From contig CALWTD010000013.1 in the NCBI GenBank assembly GCA_944384395.1, positions 21,888 to 85,887 of the forward strand: DNA of 64,000 nucleotides, given 5' to 3'. Both the position numbers and the translations under genes were made by a program. How positions within the stretch are numbered: the first letter of the stretch is position 1; every line of letters starts with the position of its first letter. Shown piece by piece: positions 54,295 to 63,548 of the stretch. Below the pieces are notes generated by a model, which was given only the letters and a program-made list of their open reading frames with translations, made no database searches and was not told the DNA's origin. Source of the stretch: an uncultured Clostridia bacterium (GTDB taxonomy: Bacteria > Bacillota > Clostridia > Christensenellales > UBA1242).

Positions 54295-55206
54295 ATGTTA
54301 CAAGAAGTTTTATCAGAAAAATTGTCAAATATAATAAATTACAAAATTGCATTTAGCGAACTAAGCGAAATTAGAATTAGAAAAGACAAGCCAATTATTG
54401 TTTTTATAAAGGGACAACCATATTATATTTGCGAAAAAGGACTCACTTGCAATATAAACAGTGCTATTTTTGCAAACAAAGAAATGATAGATGACATAGT
54501 TTATAAAGCAAGTGATTTTTCCATATACTCTGTAAACGAACAAATTAAACAAGGATTTATAATGCTTGAAAATGGAGTAAGAATTGGTCTTTGTGGAAGT
54601 GTTGTTACAGAAAACAACCAAATAAAAACAATGATAAATTGGACAAGTTTAAATATTCGTATTCCACATCAAATTAAAAATATGTCGCTTTGTGCTTTTG
54701 ATGACATTGTTAGTGAAAACGGATTAAAAAATACTTTGATAATTTCACCACCAGGAGCAGGAAAAACAACATTTTTAAGAGATTTTGTATATCAATTAAG
54801 CGAAAACAATTATTGTTTAAATGTTTGTATTATTGATGAAAGAGGTGAAATTGCAGGTGGAGATAACAGTGGAATAAATTTAGGAAATTTTTGTGATGTA
54901 ATTAGTTATTGCACAAAAAAACAAGGTTTTAATCAATGTATTAGGTCCATGAATCCATCTTTAATTGTAACTGATGAAATTGGCAACGAAGAAGATTGTA
55001 ACAGTTTAATTGATGCGATGAATTGTGGTGTTAAAGTTATTGCAACTATTCATGCGTCAAGTATTGAAGAACTTAAAAGAAAAAAGTTTTTTGAGAAATT
55101 ACCACAATATTACTTTGAAAGATACGTTCTTTTATCAAATAGAGAAGGCCCTGGAACATACGAGGGAACATATAATGAAAAATTTGCAAAAATAGTTAAA
55201 TGGTGA
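54295..55206 (+). CDS. spoIIIAA: stage III sporulation protein AA (ATPase)
   Basis: EIRIR, NIRIP, SPPGAGKTT, DERGEIA, DEIG. Confidence 0.93.
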   Translation: MLQEVLSEKLSNIINYKIAFSELSEIRIRKDKPIIVFIKGQPYYICEKGLTCNINSAIFANKEMIDDIVYKASDFSIYSVNEQIKQGFIMLENGVRIGLCGSVVTENNQIKTMINWTSLNIRIPHQIKNMSLCAFDDIVSENGLKNTLIISPPGAGKTTFLRDFVYQLSENNYCLNVCIIDERGEIAGGDNSGINLGNFCDVISYCTKKQGFNQCIRSMNPSLIVTDEIGNEEDCNSLIDAMNCGVKVIATIHASSIEELKRKKFFEKLPQYYFERYVLLSNREGPGTYEGTYNEKFAKIVKW

Positions 55207-55209
55207 AAT

Positions 55210-55704
55210 ATGACAATTATTTTAGTGTTAATTATTATTTTTTGTTTTGGACTTATTGGTTTTAAACTTTCTGCATTTTATATCAATAGAAAAAAATTTT
55301 TTTCGTCTTTGCAAATTCTTTTGTCTAATTTGGAGCTCGATGTATCATTTTCACAAGATAAACTAAAAAATCTCATTCAAAAAAACAATAAAAATTTAAC
55401 TAGCAAAGATTTGAATGCTTTATGTCAAAACATTTTTAATTTACTTGATAAAAAACAAATGATAGATTATGAAATTTTTAACGATATAAAGATTTTGAAA
55501 AAAGAAGAAAAAGACTTAATATTTTCATTTTTTAATTCTCTTGGAAGATTAGATGCGTACTCTCAAAGCAAAGAAATTAAATCTTATCAAAACAAAATAA
55601 ATGAATTTTACAATGAGGCAAATGATGAATGTAAAAAGTATGCTAGTTTATTTATCAAACTTGGAATAATTTTTGGCATTTTAGTTTGTTTGTTAATCAT
55701 TTAA
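55210..55704 (+). CDS. spoIIIAB: stage III sporulation protein AB
   Basis: Operon position; N- and C-terminal TMs, LGRLD..SQ. Confidence 0.85.
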   Translation: MTIILVLIIIFCFGLIGFKLSAFYINRKKFFSSLQILLSNLELDVSFSQDKLKNLIQKNNKNLTSKDLNALCQNIFNLLDKKQMIDYEIFNDIKILKKEEKDLIFSFFNSLGRLDAYSQSKEIKSYQNKINEFYNEANDECKKYASLFIKLGIIFGILVCLLII

Positions 55705-55713
55705 GGAGAAAGT

Positions 55714-55908
55714 ATGGGTGTTGAAATAATTTTCAAAATTGCGGCTGTTGGAATATTAACAACAGTTGTTGGACAAATTTTAAAACAGAGTGGAAAAGAT
55801 GAAATTGCCACTTTTTCAACGCTTGCAGGTTTAATTATTGTTCTTTTAATGGTGTTAGATTTAATAAATACTCTATTTGATACAGTTAGAAATCTTTTTG
55901 GTTTGTGA
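55714..55908 (+). CDS. spoIIIAC: stage III sporulation protein AC
   Basis: IIFKIAAVGIL...LKQSGKDE. Confidence 0.93.
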   Translation: MGVEIIFKIAAVGILTTVVGQILKQSGKDEIATFSTLAGLIIVLLMVLDLINTLFDTVRNLFGL

Positions 55909-55914
55909 GGCTAT

Positions 55915-56301
55915 ATGGACATAATAAAAATTGTAGGAATTGGTCTTATAACCGTAATTGCATCTATGCTTGTCAAACCAATGAAACCAGAAATAAGTAT
56001 TATAATTGGACTTTGTGGTGGAATTTTAATTTTATCGCAAACAATAAATTACATATTAGATATTGTAAACGCTTTTACAAACATAGTTGAAAAAACGGGA
56101 CTTGATTTTGGACTACTCAAAATAGTTTTAAAAATTATTGGTGTTGGTTACTTAACAGAGTTTTCTGCTAGTTTGTGCAGTGATGCAGGAAGTTCTAGTA
56201 TTGCAGATAAAATTTTGTTTGCAGGCAAAATAATTATATTATTTATTGCACTTCCAATAGTTACTAAAATATTAGAAATTATCATGGAGTTATTGCCATG
56301 A
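55915..56301 (+). CDS. spoIIIAD: stage III sporulation protein AD
   Basis: LKIIGVGYLTEF...CSDAG..SIADKI. Confidence 0.93.
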   Translation: MDIIKIVGIGLITVIASMLVKPMKPEISIIIGLCGGILILSQTINYILDIVNAFTNIVEKTGLDFGLLKIVLKIIGVGYLTEFSASLCSDAGSSSIADKILFAGKIIILFIALPIVTKILEIIMELLP

Positions 56302-57506
56302 AAAAAATTTCAATAATTGTTTTATGTTTATTTGTTTTTATATGTGTACCTTTTTTGCTTTCTAACAATGCCAATCAAGTTGTTTACTGTGATGACGAAA
56401 TGACGGCCAGCGAAATTGAAGAAATAATTGAGGAAAGTGTAAATTCACAACTTGGTGATTTAGATTTTTCAGACTTTGAAGATGTTTTAAATCAACTAGG
56501 TGATAATGAAAAACAGATATTTGGTTCGGCTTCTTTTTTAGATAAAATAAAAAAAATAATTTCAGGTGAGTTTAGTGAGAATCAAGAGTCTATTTGGTCA
56601 GCGATATTAAATTTATTTTTTGATGATGTTTTATCGTTTTTACCACTAATTGCTATTGTTATTGCAATCAGTGTTACATTTAGTTTAGTATCTTCGTCAA
56701 AACCAAACGGGAAAACTAAATCGCTTGGTGATGTTATACATTTTGTATGCTATGGAACAGTAATAATTATATTAATTACCTGCACCATATCTATGATAAA
56801 TTTAACATCTTCAACAATTCAGTCAATTAAAGCACAGATGGATATAGCATTTCCAATTTTACTAACTGTTATGACTGCTATTGGTGGAGTTGTTTCTGTA
56901 AGTGTTTATCAACCGGCTGTTGCCGTTTTAAGTGGAACTATTACTAATATTTTTACTACTATTTTAATGCCTATATTTATTTTTAGATTGGTGTTTTCAA
57001 TTATTTCAAATTTATCAAACAATGTAAAATTAGAAAAATTTGCATCTTTTTTTTCTAGTGCTTTCAAGTGGATTATTGGCTCTGTTTTTACAATCTTTTC
57101 TGCTTTTATAGCTATACAAGGAATTATTGCAGGAAGTGTTGATGGAATTTCTTTCAGAACGGCAAAATATGCGATAAAAAACACAATTCCGCTTTTAGGC
57201 TCTTATATTTCTGATGGTTTAAATTTAATTGTTGCAAGCAGTGTTTTAATTAAAAACGCAGTTGGTGCAGGTGGGTTACTTCTTTTATTTGCAACAATTA
57301 TTGTTCCTATTGTTAAACTTGTTGTTTTTATGTTTTCTTTAAAATTAGCTTCTGCAATCCTTGAACCAATAACAGATTCAAGAATATCTAATTTTATATC
57401 AATGCTAGCAAAAAGTATTTCACTTTTAATTGTGATTATAGTGGGCTGTGCCTTTATGTATGTGCTTGTATCTGGCATGATTATGCTTAGTGCTAATTTT
57501 ATTTAG
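56298..57506 (+). CDS. spoIIIAE: stage III sporulation protein AE
   Basis: Polytopic membrane protein; RTAKYA...IP..G..ISD, IKNAVG. Confidence 0.92.
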   Translation: MKKISIIVLCLFVFICVPFLLSNNANQVVYCDDEMTASEIEEIIEESVNSQLGDLDFSDFEDVLNQLGDNEKQIFGSASFLDKIKKIISGEFSENQESIWSAILNLFFDDVLSFLPLIAIVIAISVTFSLVSSSKPNGKTKSLGDVIHFVCYGTVIIILITCTISMINLTSSTIQSIKAQMDIAFPILLTVMTAIGGVVSVSVYQPAVAVLSGTITNIFTTILMPIFIFRLVFSIISNLSNNVKLEKFASFFSSAFKWIIGSVFTIFSAFIAIQGIIAGSVDGISFRTAKYAIKNTIPLLGSYISDGLNLIVASSVLIKNAVGAGGLLLLFATIIVPIVKLVVFMFSLKLASAILEPITDSRISNFISMLAKSISLLIVIIVGCAFMYVLVSGMIMLSANFI

Positions 57507-57515
57507 GAGGCTGTT

Positions 57516-58001
57516 ATGACTATTTCAGCTTGGATCTTATCTATTGCAGGAATTTGTATTTTATCAGTTTTAATTGATTTGTTTTTACCAGAAGGTAGTT
57601 CTTCTTCACACATTAAAACAATTTTTAATTTTGTGATAATTTTTGTCATTATTGCACCACTTCCTGGCTTGTTACAAAAGGATTTTGACGCATCTTTGAT
57701 TTTTAATGAAAATGAAATTGTGCTGCAGGAAGATTATATATATCAGTTAAACCGAGATAAACTTACAATGCTCGAAAAGACAATTGAAAACAAATTGACA
57801 AACGATGGACTGTTAAATATTGATATAAGCATATCTGCAAATATTTTTACAACACAAATGACAATTGATGCGGTTTATGTCGATTTAAGTAATTTAGTTA
57901 TACAGGACAACTTAGAGCATATAAATATAGAGAATGAGATTATTGAAGTAATTATTTCATTTATTGATATTGAAAAGGAGAAGATAAATTTTAGTGGATA
58001 A
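57516..58001 (+). CDS. spoIIIAF: stage III sporulation protein AF
   Basis: WILSI...LFLPEG; operon position. Confidence 0.85.
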   Translation: MTISAWILSIAGICILSVLIDLFLPEGSSSSHIKTIFNFVIIFVIIAPLPGLLQKDFDASLIFNENEIVLQEDYIYQLNRDKLTMLEKTIENKLTNDGLLNIDISISANIFTTQMTIDAVYVDLSNLVIQDNLEHINIENEIIEVIISFIDIEKEKINFSG

Positions 58002-58545
58002 CAAAAAGAAAGAAAACAAATTTGCGTTTATAGAAAAAATTAAAAACATAAAACATTTTGAAATTATAATTGTTGTTGTTTTCTGTGCAATCTTGCTTCT
58101 AATTTATGCTTCGACATTTAGTACTAAAAAAAGTGAAAATACTACTTCAACAACTCTATCAACAGAAGAATATGCAACATATCTCGAGAATAAATTAAGT
58201 AATGTATTATCACATATAAACGGAGCAGGAGATGTTAGCGTAATGGTTACACTTGAATGTGGCGTTGAATATGTGTATGCAACTAACAAAACAGAAGAAA
58301 CAACATCATCAACTGTTTCAGGGACTACAACAACTCAAACAACAGTAACAGAAGAAGTTATATTGGTTTCTGTTTCAGGTAAGGCTTCACCAATTATACT
58401 AAAAGAAAATTTGCCAAAGGTTAGTGGAGTAGTGATTGTTGCAAGTGGAGCAAACAATATAAGCGTAAGATTAGAACTGCAAAATGCAGTAGAAGCACTA
58501 TTAGAAATAGATGAAAGTGATATAGAAATTTTAGTTGGTAAATAA
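57994..58545 (+). CDS. spoIIIAG: stage III sporulation protein AG
   Basis: LSHINGAGDVSVMVT, PKVSGVVIVASGA. Confidence 0.9.
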   Translation: MDNKKKENKFAFIEKIKNIKHFEIIIVVVFCAILLLIYASTFSTKKSENTTSTTLSTEEYATYLENKLSNVLSHINGAGDVSVMVTLECGVEYVYATNKTEETTSSTVSGTTTTQTTVTEEVILVSVSGKASPIILKENLPKVSGVVIVASGANNISVRLELQNAVEALLEIDESDIEILVGK

Positions 58546-58558
58546 AAGGAGATTTATT

Positions 58559-59032
58559 ATGTTAAAGAAAAGAACAAAAATTATTATTTTAGTTGCAATG
58601 GTTTTATTATTAGGTGTAACAGGTTATCTTAATATTGCTTTAAATAATAATATTTCAAATCAAACATCGGGAACAGTTACACAAATGAATTATTTTGATA
58701 CATATAGAGAAGACAGACAAGCAACAAGAGATCAAGAACTATTGTATTATGATGCAATTATAAACGCAGAAAATTCATCTGCAGAAGCAATAGCATCAGC
58801 AGAAGCAAAGAAAATGGAAATTATAAATACAATGGAAGCAGAACTTGTTATGGAAGGACTTATCAAAGCAAAAGGATTTGAAGACGCCATTGTAACAAAC
58901 TCTGCAACAAATGTAAATGTTATTGTTAAGTGTGCAAGTTTGGAAAGTTCACAAGTTGCTCAAATAGTTCAAATAGTTAAAGAACAAACTTCAAAATCAT
59001 TAGAGAATATAAAAATTATTCCAGTAGAATAA
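58559..59032 (+). CDS. spoIIIAH: stage III sporulation protein AH
   Basis: N-terminal TM, YFDTYREDR, LIKAKGFEDAIV. Confidence 0.9.
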   Translation: MLKKRTKIIILVAMVLLLGVTGYLNIALNNNISNQTSGTVTQMNYFDTYREDRQATRDQELLYYDAIINAENSSAEAIASAEAKKMEIINTMEAELVMEGLIKAKGFEDAIVTNSATNVNVIVKCASLESSQVAQIVQIVKEQTSKSLENIKIIPVE

Positions 59033-59127
59033 TTGCAAAATAACTTTAATTATGTTATATTATTATGCGAAAGGTAAGTATAAACCTTGTACACAATTTA
59101 TATAATATAATCAAAGAGAGGAATATT

Positions 59128-59502
59128 GTGGCTGAATTTTTTAATGAGTTACAAGAAGATAAAGGAAAGATTACTTGCGATAGAAATATTTTATTGTCTA
59201 TTATTTCACTTGCTACAAAAGAAATAAGTGGCGTTTCAAAATTACAAGATAGTTTTTCCATGAAACTAAAAAAACTCTTTTCCAAAGCCGATTCTACAGG
59301 TGTTAAACTTAAAGTTGCAAACAATGGTCAATTAGTTATAGATGTTTTTATTAGAATTTATAGTGGAAACACAGTTCCTGAAATTGCGTTTAAGGTTCAA
59401 GAAAACATCAAAAACAACATTGCTTCAATGGTGGATATGAGAGTTAGCAAAATCAACATTCATGTTGTTGGTGTTGATTTTAAAACAGAAGAACAACTTT
59501 AA
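59128..59502 (+). CDS. Asp23/Gls24 family protein (YqhY-like)
   Basis: GTG start after GAGG; GVK...VQENIK...INIHVVGV; upstream of nusB. Confidence 0.88.
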   Translation: MAEFFNELQEDKGKITCDRNILLSIISLATKEISGVSKLQDSFSMKLKKLFSKADSTGVKLKVANNGQLVIDVFIRIYSGNTVPEIAFKVQENIKNNIASMVDMRVSKINIHVVGVDFKTEEQL

Positions 59503-59549
59503 CATTAAAATCCCACTGTTTGTGGGATTTTTGTTTATTAGGAGAAAAA

Positions 59550-59942
59550 ATGAGAGCATTAGCAAGAGAATATGTTTTTAAGAAAATATATGTTAGTTTA
59601 TTTCATGAAAATGACAATGAAAATTTTGAGTTGTCTGAATTTATTGATTTTAAATCTAAAAGTGACAAAGAATTTGCTAATTCACTTTTTAATTTATATG
59701 AGTTAAATCATAATGAAGTTGAAAAAACAATCAATAGTTTGTTGGTTGATTATTCTCCTGAAAGAGTTTTTAGAATTGATAGGGCAATTTTATCTCTTGC
59801 AATTACAGAAATAAAATTTTATAAAAAAACACCAGTTGCAGTTGTTATAAACGAAGCAGTTGAACTTGCTAAAAAATATGGAACAGACAAAAGTTATTCT
59901 TTTGTTAATGGATTATTAAAAAAAGTTATTGAGGAAAAGTAA
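59550..59942 (+). CDS. nusB: transcription antitermination factor NusB
   Basis: DRAIL, VVINEAVELAKKYG...FVNGLL. Confidence 0.94.
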   Translation: MRALAREYVFKKIYVSLFHENDNENFELSEFIDFKSKSDKEFANSLFNLYELNHNEVEKTINSLLVDYSPERVFRIDRAILSLAITEIKFYKKTPVAVVINEAVELAKKYGTDKSYSFVNGLLKKVIEEK

Positions 59943-61135
59943 TGGAAGAAAAAGCGCTTACAGTGTCCCAATTATCAATATATATAAAACAGATATTTGA
60001 TGCAGAAGAAATGCTTTATAACATAAAAGTTTTAGGTGAAATTTCTGGACTAACTATTGTGAGGGGTGTTGCTTATTTTACTCTAAAAGATGAAAATGCA
60101 ACATTGTCTTGCGTGTGTTTTGACACATCTGACTTTTCTTTTTTAAACGGAGATAATGTTATAGTTACTGGAACTCCTAGATATTATGTTAAAGGTGGAA
60201 AATTAAATTTTAATGTTGTAAAAGTATCAAAATATGGAATAGGTGAGTTGTATCAAAAATTTTTAGAACTCAAAAATAAATTAGAAAAAAAAGGTTATTT
60301 TGATAAATCAAGCAAAATACAACAGCCACACGATATAAAAAGAGTGGGAGTGGTTACAAGTAAAGAAGGTGCTGTCATTCAAGATATTATTAATGTTGGA
60401 ACAAGACGCAATCCTTTTATTGACATTGTTTTGTATCCCGTCAAAGTTCAAGGAGTTAATGCAGAACGAGAAATTGCAAAAGGTATAACTGTTTTAGATA
60501 ATTACAATGTAGATGTTATAATTGTTGCAAGGGGTGGTGGTTCACTTGAAGACCTAGAACCTTTTAACACAGAGATTGTGGCAGATGCAGTACATAACTG
60601 TTCAAAATTTATTGTTTCAGCAGTAGGTCATGAAACTGATTACACTATATGTGATTTTTGTAGTGATTTAAGAGCGCCAACACCAAGTGCTGCTGCTGAA
60701 CTTATATTCGATAATATAGAAGAAAAAATTGATGATTATAAGCAATACATTTTAAGACTAAAACAATCAATAAAAGATTTTTATTTAGACAAACAACAAA
60801 ATTTTTTTGATATTTATAAAAGTTTATATGTAAGTTATAAAAGTTTAAACGAAAAATATAAAAATACATTTTGTAATTGTTTAATTAAGTTTTCTCATAG
60901 CGTTAAATTAGTTTTTGAATCAAAAAAACATAAACTTGAAGTACTTTCATCAATGCTCAACAAATTAAATCCAAAAGAAGTTTTGAAGTTGGGATATGCA
61001 AGCGTAAAAAAGAATAATTTAAAAGTTTCTTCTGTTAAAAGCTTAAACATAAATGACGAATTAAAGTTATCTTTTATTGACGGAAATATAAAAGCAAAAG
61101 TATTAGAAATTGAAGGAGAAAAAAATGGAATTTGA
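59942..61135 (+). CDS. xseA: exodeoxyribonuclease VII large subunit
   Basis: GEIS...YFTLKD, ARGGGSLEDL, SAVGHETD, RAPTPSAAAE. Confidence 0.96.
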   Translation: MEEKALTVSQLSIYIKQIFDAEEMLYNIKVLGEISGLTIVRGVAYFTLKDENATLSCVCFDTSDFSFLNGDNVIVTGTPRYYVKGGKLNFNVVKVSKYGIGELYQKFLELKNKLEKKGYFDKSSKIQQPHDIKRVGVVTSKEGAVIQDIINVGTRRNPFIDIVLYPVKVQGVNAEREIAKGITVLDNYNVDVIIVARGGGSLEDLEPFNTEIVADAVHNCSKFIVSAVGHETDYTICDFCSDLRAPTPSAAAELIFDNIEEKIDDYKQYILRLKQSIKDFYLDKQQNFFDIYKSLYVSYKSLNEKYKNTFCNCLIKFSHSVKLVFESKKHKLEVLSSMLNKLNPKEVLKLGYASVKKNNLKVSSVKSLNINDELKLSFIDGNIKAKVLEIEGEKNGI

Positions 61136-61331
61136 AAAGATGTTAAAAAGACTTGAAGAAATTGTAAATCAGTTAGAAAGTGGCGAATGTGATTTTGATG
61201 AAGCAACAAAATTATTTGAAGAAGGAAAATCTCTAGCAGAAAAATGTAGTGAAAAGCTTGATTCAAGTAAAGGCAAAATAACTGTTTTATCAAATGAATT
61301 AGAAGGACTAATAGAAAAAGATTTTAAATAA
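61125..61331 (+). CDS. xseB: exodeoxyribonuclease VII small subunit
   Basis: FEKMLKRLEEIVNQLE...LFEEG..L...C. Confidence 0.94.
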   Translation: MEFEKMLKRLEEIVNQLESGECDFDEATKLFEEGKSLAEKCSEKLDSSKGKITVLSNELEGLIEKDFK

Positions 61332-61403
61332 TATACAACATAATAGGTATTAGAAAAAACTATAATACTATATACAGAATTTATATATGAATAGTTTAAG
61401 TAC

Positions 61404-61432
61404 TTGAAAAAATTATAATAATGTGTTATACT
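61404..61432 (+). promoter_or_regulatory. sigma-A promoter of OLE RNA
   Basis: TTGAAA-N17-TATACT with extended TG; predicted start near 61438. Confidence 0.75.
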
Positions 61433-61437
61433 TTTAG

Positions 61438-62007
61438 TGAAGGTGCAGTATTCTAGTCAACTTATATTATTTGGAAGTTGAAAAAAATAAGCAACGAAGG
61501 GCACAACTGTGAAGTTTCTGGTGCATGCTTTGATTGCCCAAATTGGGGTGTGTGCTGGAAGTTAAGATTTTTGGGCGCGTTATAATGGCATATAACACCC
61601 GACCCATTTATCGTGGAGACCCAAAATGGTGCAAATTTTATATTTGTACTGTTTGGATTAAGAACCTGCATTGCGGTTTAAAATACGGCTGTGTGCAGAG
61701 TAGCCTGCTTTGAGTGAGTTTACAGGGATTGTGTGGTAAGGCAAGTTTTAAAATCGGCCAATTTTAATTCTAGTTTTGCATATGAAATTAAACTTGCAAA
61801 AAAAGCTAAGAATAGTTTAAGTTGTCAAGGAAAACTTCTAGACTGTTGACATTGTCAAACACTTTGGGGATTATAGTGTGGTCTAAGTGGCGATTCGGTG
61901 AAAAGGTTTTGCGTAAAAGGAAACTGCTCACACGGTGACGGTGAGTGCAAAATTTGGGAAATCCTACCGAACCTATGCCACAAGGTTTACTCAAAGTGTT
62001 ACCTTCA
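61438..62007 (+). ncRNA. ole: OLE RNA (ornate, large, extremophilic)
   Basis: Recalled OLE hallmark blocks in order: GGTGCAGTATTCTAGTCA, AAGGGCAC..TGAAGTTTCTGGTG, GTGCTGGAAGTTAA, AATGGCAT, GTGGAGAC, AACCTGC..GTGCAGAGTAGCCTGCTTTGAGTG, AGGAAAACTTCTAGACTGTT, GGATTATAGTGTGG, GAACCTATGCC..TTTACT; 5' TGAAGGT pairs with 3' ACCTTCA; followed by oapA. Confidence 0.93.
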
Positions 62008-62050
62008 TTAATTTATTTTATAATTAGAGTATCTATTGAATATATATATT

Positions 62051-62074
62051 AAAAAGGCATATGAGTGCCTTTTT
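62051..62074 (+). terminator. intrinsic terminator between ole and oapA
   Basis: AAAAAGGCAT-ATGA-GTGCCTTTTT. Confidence 0.65.
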
Positions 62075-62093
62075 CAAATAAAGGAGAATAAAA

Positions 62094-62819
62094 GTGGATA
62101 ATAAATCCAATCCCAAGCCCAAACCCAATAAAAAGAAAAGCAACAAACAAATGATATGGTCAATAAAGATTTTAGTTTTGTCATTTGCACTTTCAATCTG
62201 CTTTGGTATTTTAAGTGAAATGGTTTTAAGTAGTACAGGAATAATAATAGCAGTTTTAATAATTATTGTTTTTGTTACAATTTCAATTATTGCAGATATG
62301 ATAGGTGTTGGAACAACGGCAGCAAATATTCAACCTTTCAGAGCAATGGCATCAAAAAAAGTTAGGGGAGCAAAAGAAGCAATAAGACTACTTCTTAAAG
62401 CAGATAGAGTATCATCAATTTGTTGCGATGTTATTGGAGATGTTTGTGGAATTTTATCTGGTGCTGCAGGCGCAAGTATAGCAGTTAAAGTTGCAGTAGA
62501 ATCTAGTTCAGCATTAAATATTATAATTGCATCTTTGATAAGTGCTATTGTTGCAAGTTTAACTATTTTTGGAAAATCAGTTTGTAAAAAATATGCTATT
62601 GACAATTCTAGTAAAATTGTTTTGGTTGTTGGAAAAGTGTTAAGTATTTTTACCCCCCAAAACAAAACAAAACCACAAAAAAACAAAGATGAAAAAAAGA
62701 AAAATGAGAACAATGAAAATACAATAGATGTAAGTACATACGTCGATGATCAGGGTAGTGCTATTACATATAATAATAACAAAAAAACTGAAGATGAAAT
62801 TTCTAATACAAATAAATAA
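62094..62819 (+). CDS. oapA: OLE-associated protein A
   Basis: About four TMs, DMIGVG, PFRAMASKKVRGAKEA, CDVIGDVCGILSG (DxxxD), LTIFGKS; directly after ole. Confidence 0.9.
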   Translation: MDNKSNPKPKPNKKKSNKQMIWSIKILVLSFALSICFGILSEMVLSSTGIIIAVLIIIVFVTISIIADMIGVGTTAANIQPFRAMASKKVRGAKEAIRLLLKADRVSSICCDVIGDVCGILSGAAGASIAVKVAVESSSALNIIIASLISAIVASLTIFGKSVCKKYAIDNSSKIVLVVGKVLSIFTPQNKTKPQKNKDEKKKNENNENTIDVSTYVDDQGSAITYNNNKKTEDEISNTNK

Positions 62820-62834
62820 CAGACAATTAAATAC

Positions 62835-62862
62835 GGAATAGGTGAAAACCTATTCTTTTTTT
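62835..62862 (+). terminator. intrinsic terminator after oapA
   Basis: GAATAGGT-GAAA-ACCTATTC-TTTTTTT. Confidence 0.8.
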
Positions 62863-62874
62863 GTATGCATATAT

Positions 62875-63030
62875 TGAATAAATATAAAAATCATTTTTAT
62901 AAAAATTTACTTTGTTAAATAATCATAAAAAATCGTATGCATAATTATACAAAAAACACTTGCATAATTATAAATTACATTGTATAATAATTCCAAATGA
63001 CTTGAATAAGTATTCATGCATATTTATTCA
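62875..63030 (+). promoter_or_regulatory. argR promoter with multiple ARG boxes
   Basis: TGAATAAATATAAA (62875), TGCATAATTATACA (62938), TGCATAATTATAAA (62961), TGAATAAGTATTCA (63003), TGCATATTTATTCA (63017); TTGCAT-N17-TATAAT at 62960-62988. Confidence 0.75.
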
Positions 63031-63085
63031 AAATATGCTCAATCCCTTATATTTAAAGGGTTTTAGCAATTAAGGAGAAACAAAA

Positions 63086-63538
63086 ATGGCAAGGTCATCA
63101 AGACAATCAAAGATACTCGAACTTATATCAACAAAGGATATTTCATCACAAGATGAGTTAGTTGCATGTTTAAAAGCAGCCAATTTTGATATAACTCAGG
63201 CTACAATTTCAAGAGACATAAAAGAACTTGGACTTATCAAAATTTTAACAAATGACGGTAAATATAAGTATGCTCTTATGGACAATGGAGAACAAACTGT
63301 ATCCAATAAAAATATATCAATTTTTAGAGAATCTGTTATTTCAGTTAAACCAGCAAATAACCTTTGTGTTATAAAAACTGTTAAAGGTCTTGCCTGTGGA
63401 ATATGTTCTATGATAGACAAATTAAACTTAGAAAATGTAATGGGCTCTGTTTATGGAGATGATACTGTTATGATTATATTGCCAAACAATCAAGGTGCCC
63501 AAATAGCATCGGAAACACTTGAACAATTAATAAGATAA
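63086..63538 (+). CDS. argR: arginine repressor
   Basis: RQSKILELI, TQATISRDIKEL, GDDT. Confidence 0.95.
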   Translation: MARSSRQSKILELISTKDISSQDELVACLKAANFDITQATISRDIKELGLIKILTNDGKYKYALMDNGEQTVSNKNISIFRESVISVKPANNLCVIKTVKGLACGICSMIDKLNLENVMGSVYGDDTVMIILPNNQGAQIASETLEQLIR

Positions 63539-63548
63539 AGGAACACAA

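Noticed and set aside
61462-61994. Minus-strand ORFs 61462-61671 and 61806-61994
   Set aside because: Antisense to OLE RNA, no RBS, no protein-like motifs
61438-62007. RNase P, tmRNA, riboswitch or intron as the identity of this non-coding block
   Set aside because: Their hallmark motifs were not seen; OLE blocks and the adjacent oapA explain it
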